A stretch of DNA of 63,877 nt, filler included, from Lama guanicoe (taxonomy: Eukaryota), in assembly GCA_013239625.1 (NCBI GenBank). It is 203 parts of 203 records of this genome, joined end to end, with 100 filler letters (N's around TTAATTAATTAA, not from the genome) between each part and the next. Parts side by side here need not be neighbours in the genome. Positions count along the whole stretch, not along the records: positions 60,502 to 60,717 come from PNXV01038467.1; positions 60,818 to 61,033 come from PNXV01038468.1; positions 61,134 to 61,349 come from PNXV01038469.1; positions 61,450 to 61,665 come from PNXV01038470.1; positions 61,766 to 61,981 come from PNXV01038471.1; positions 62,082 to 62,297 come from PNXV01038472.1; positions 62,398 to 62,613 come from PNXV01038473.1; positions 62,714 to 62,929 come from PNXV01038474.1; 195 more parts are not named here. One strand, given 5' to 3'. The position numbers and the translations under genes were made by a program. Positions 60,402 through 63,877 of this stretch are shown here, piece by piece. The first letter of the stretch is position 1. Every line of letters begins with the position of its first letter. The notes beneath the pieces are model-generated. The model saw only the letters and a list, made by a program, of their open reading frames with translations, did no database searches and was not told where the DNA came from.

Positions 60402-63029
60402 NNNNNNNNNNNNNNNNNNNNNNNNNNNNNNNNNNNNNNNNNNNNTTAATTAATTAANNNNNNNNNNNNNNNNNNNNNNNNNNNNNNNNNNNNNNNNNNN
60501 NTGTACAGGCACCTATTTTTAACGTCAGGAAACTATTACTTTATGATATTTGGAAAAAAAAAAAGAGGAAGAAACAAACATCTTGCAGGAGGCCCCTCCT
60601 TGGAAACCAACCCCTGCTCAAGAGCCCAGGCCAGACCCTGTGTCAGAGGATGCCCAGTACTGCCTGGTCTTAGTCCTGAATCCCATCGCCTCCCTATCTT
60701 CTCCCTCTCACCTCTCTNNNNNNNNNNNNNNNNNNNNNNNNNNNNNNNNNNNNNNNNNNNNTTAATTAATTAANNNNNNNNNNNNNNNNNNNNNNNNNNN
60801 NNNNNNNNNNNNNNNNNATGAGTGCACCAGCCTAACAGAGCACAGAGTTCATGGAGCTCCTTTCCACCTCACGGTAACATCTTGGGGATTTCACGGTGCT
60901 TCACTCTACTGCAGTGCAGTGGGTGCCACTGGTACTGCCAGTCCTATCATGAGGCTTTCACTATATGTCTTCAAACAACATCTCAAATAAACAAAAATTC
61001 TCATCCTTGCTGAGTGAAAGAGGTTCTGGACACNNNNNNNNNNNNNNNNNNNNNNNNNNNNNNNNNNNNNNNNNNNNTTAATTAATTAANNNNNNNNNNN
61101 NNNNNNNNNNNNNNNNNNNNNNNNNNNNNNNNNAGTCAAGTACTTAAGAAGTAATCCAGTTCCAGTGTCACCTGGAGCCTGGAGCTCCTCGTGCTTACGT
61201 GAAAATGTGGGCTTAGAATCATGGAAGTTCTTTAGAGAATGCAAGTCATAAAAAAAACCCTTCTGGTTTGGTAGGTGTCTTCACGAAGCCCCACTTGACA
61301 GGAATGGGTAGACTCTGAATAAAAACACTTCTGTTAAAAGAGACAGATGNNNNNNNNNNNNNNNNNNNNNNNNNNNNNNNNNNNNNNNNNNNNTTAATTA
61401 ATTAANNNNNNNNNNNNNNNNNNNNNNNNNNNNNNNNNNNNNNNNNNNNTCCCCCCTCTACAAATAATTCTGTAGTAAGGATTTTTGTACATGTATCAGT
61501 ATACACCATTGAGTTTGCTACTTAAGCTTACTGCAAATGTTGATATTATTAGATCAAAGGATACATATATATATATATATACACATATATACACACACAG
61601 ACACATGTCCACATATACATGTGCATAGATAGAAACAGAACCAATTTTTCATAGATATTGTCCAANNNNNNNNNNNNNNNNNNNNNNNNNNNNNNNNNNN
61701 NNNNNNNNNTTAATTAATTAANNNNNNNNNNNNNNNNNNNNNNNNNNNNNNNNNNNNNNNNNNNNGCTTCTCGTGGGACGAAAGGCACACAAATACGTTT
61801 CATGTGTCAGGTGGTGATACACGCTAGGGAGAAAATTAAAACGAGTGGGAGACAGGAATTGTGCTGAGGGGTCGGGGACCCCATATTAGGAACTGGAGTC
61901 TTGTACCACTTCCGGTGGCTGATTAGACCCACGGGCATGAAACAGCATGGTCCTTTATGTCTGATCATGCTGTCATAGCACNNNNNNNNNNNNNNNNNNN
62001 NNNNNNNNNNNNNNNNNNNNNNNNNTTAATTAATTAANNNNNNNNNNNNNNNNNNNNNNNNNNNNNNNNNNNNNNNNNNNNAGATTTCAAAATGTTCAGT
62101 CTGAGTTAGAAAACTAACTGTGGCTTGTAGAAGGTGAAGTTGTAGAGATGGGAGGATATCTGGATGATGATGTAATAAGGAAACTAACATTTTTTAATGG
62201 CAGCTGTAAATTAAGCATTGAGTGCTTTGTTATCTTAAGAATCCTAATGGCAACCTCATGACTTAGCCCTTTTTATATATGGAGAAACTGAAACTCANNN
62301 NNNNNNNNNNNNNNNNNNNNNNNNNNNNNNNNNNNNNNNNNTTAATTAATTAANNNNNNNNNNNNNNNNNNNNNNNNNNNNNNNNNNNNNNNNNNNNGAA
62401 AACTTTATATTCCACTAGGAACACTCATTTGTGAGCTCTTTGACATAAGCAGTTTCCCACCCTTGTTTCCCCTTGTCAACAAGTCATGTCTTCCATTGTC
62501 CAGTGAGGAGGAAGTCTGTGGAGGCTAAGGAGTATCTGTGCCTGGAGGTCTTTGTTCTGCATGTCTTCGTGGGCTTGACATTTGTCCTGGGCCCAGCCTG
62601 GATCAGCTGCCATNNNNNNNNNNNNNNNNNNNNNNNNNNNNNNNNNNNNNNNNNNNNTTAATTAATTAANNNNNNNNNNNNNNNNNNNNNNNNNNNNNNN
62701 NNNNNNNNNNNNNTGTAAACTGTAGTAAATCCAGTTCTACAAAAAGTTATATTCTTTATTTAAAAATAAATTCCATTATGGATAAGCCAATTTCAAAATG
62801 AGAGAAAAAAATTTTTAAATAAATAAATGTAAAATCAAGCTACAATGTAAATTTTTCATAATATATCTCTAAATTCCTTCCTTAAAAAACATTAGCAACC
62901 TGAATTCATGGCATATTATAAGTACTATANNNNNNNNNNNNNNNNNNNNNNNNNNNNNNNNNNNNNNNNNNNNTTAATTAATTAANNNNNNNNNNNNNNN
63001 NNNNNNNNNNNNNNNNNNNNNNNNNNNNN

Positions 63030-63245
63030 GAGCACGCTGCCGCCGCCGCCGAGCCCAGCAGAGCCTCCTCCCTCCGGCCTGCGCGCCGCGTGTGCGCGCC
63101 GGAGCGTGTGTGAGTGTGTACGAGGCCGTGTGTATGTGTGTGTGTGAGCGCGTGTGTGAGCGCGCCCGGGGCACCGCCGGCGCCGCCCGCCCGCTGCCGA
63201 GCGCAGCTGCCACCGCCGCCGCCACGGCCGCCCCCTGCTGCCCGC
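63030..63245. promoter_or_regulatory. CpG-island / 5' UTR-like fragment with GCC repeats and TG/CG tract
   Basis: Very GC- and CpG-rich; gccgccgccgcc runs flanking gtgtgtgagcgcgtgtgtgagcgcgc. Confidence 0.6.
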
Positions 63246-63877
63246 NNNNNNNNNNNNNNNNNNNNNNNNNNNNNNNNNNNNNNNNNNNNTTAATTAATTA
63301 ANNNNNNNNNNNNNNNNNNNNNNNNNNNNNNNNNNNNNNNNNNNNGGGGCTGGGAAGGGCCTGGTTTCACACTGGGTCCTCTGTTCCTTCCAGAGCCCTC
63401 TGGGCCTGCCTCACCGAGTGGCAGCTGGAGCGCGTCCAGGCCTCGCTTGCAGCTCCTCTTCCACAGCACCTCCTGTCCCGTCTCCCCAACCCCTCCTCAG
63501 GGAGCCTCCCCGCCCACCGCCAAGGTAGTTTTGCTGGCAAAACATCTCCAGGACTTTCATTNNNNNNNNNNNNNNNNNNNNNNNNNNNNNNNNNNNNNNN
63601 NNNNNTTAATTAATTAANNNNNNNNNNNNNNNNNNNNNNNNNNNNNNNNNNNNNNNNNNNNAACATTCCTAGCTGGAAAAACAAAAAACAAAGAACTTAA
63701 AAAAAAAAAACCCCAAACTAGGCAGATATAGTTCCTACTTTCATGGAGTGTAGTGTAATGAGAAATATTAAAATACAGTGTCAAAAAAATTTGTTCCAAT
63801 CTTGTTACTGACCATTATTTAAAATTGGTCTTTGACCATGTTTAAAAATCATTCTTATTCACTGATTTGTTTTAACT

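Overview
This window is not a contiguous locus. It is an artificial pseudo-scaffold of 203 unrelated short mammalian genomic contigs (almost all 215 bp up to ~51.9 kb, then mostly 216 bp, i.e. sorted by length), joined by 202 identical 100-bp spacers N44-TTAATTAATTAA-N44. The 12-mer is a palindrome with TAA stops in all six frames. About one third of the window is linker, and neighbouring fragments have no biological linkage. Nearly all ORFs in the supplied track are read-through into the N runs. The real sequence is typical eutherian DNA: L1, L2, MIR, MaLR/ERVL LTRs, Tigger/MER DNA-transposon fossils and microsatellites. Several copies of a tRNA-Ala-like SINE resemble the camelid Vic-1 family, suggesting alpaca/llama/camel. 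Three fragments carry recognisable gene sequence: an alpha-tubulin pseudogene segment (3467-3680), an MHC class I intron1/exon2 junction with an unusual 2-codon deletion (17011-17225, minus), and the 3' half of a T-cell receptor beta V gene with an intact 23-bp RSS (47878-48039). I found no supportable multi-gene or novel biological system. The regular repeat-spacer layout is an assembly artefact, not a CRISPR array. Repeat family names are from remembered consensus sequences and were not searched.
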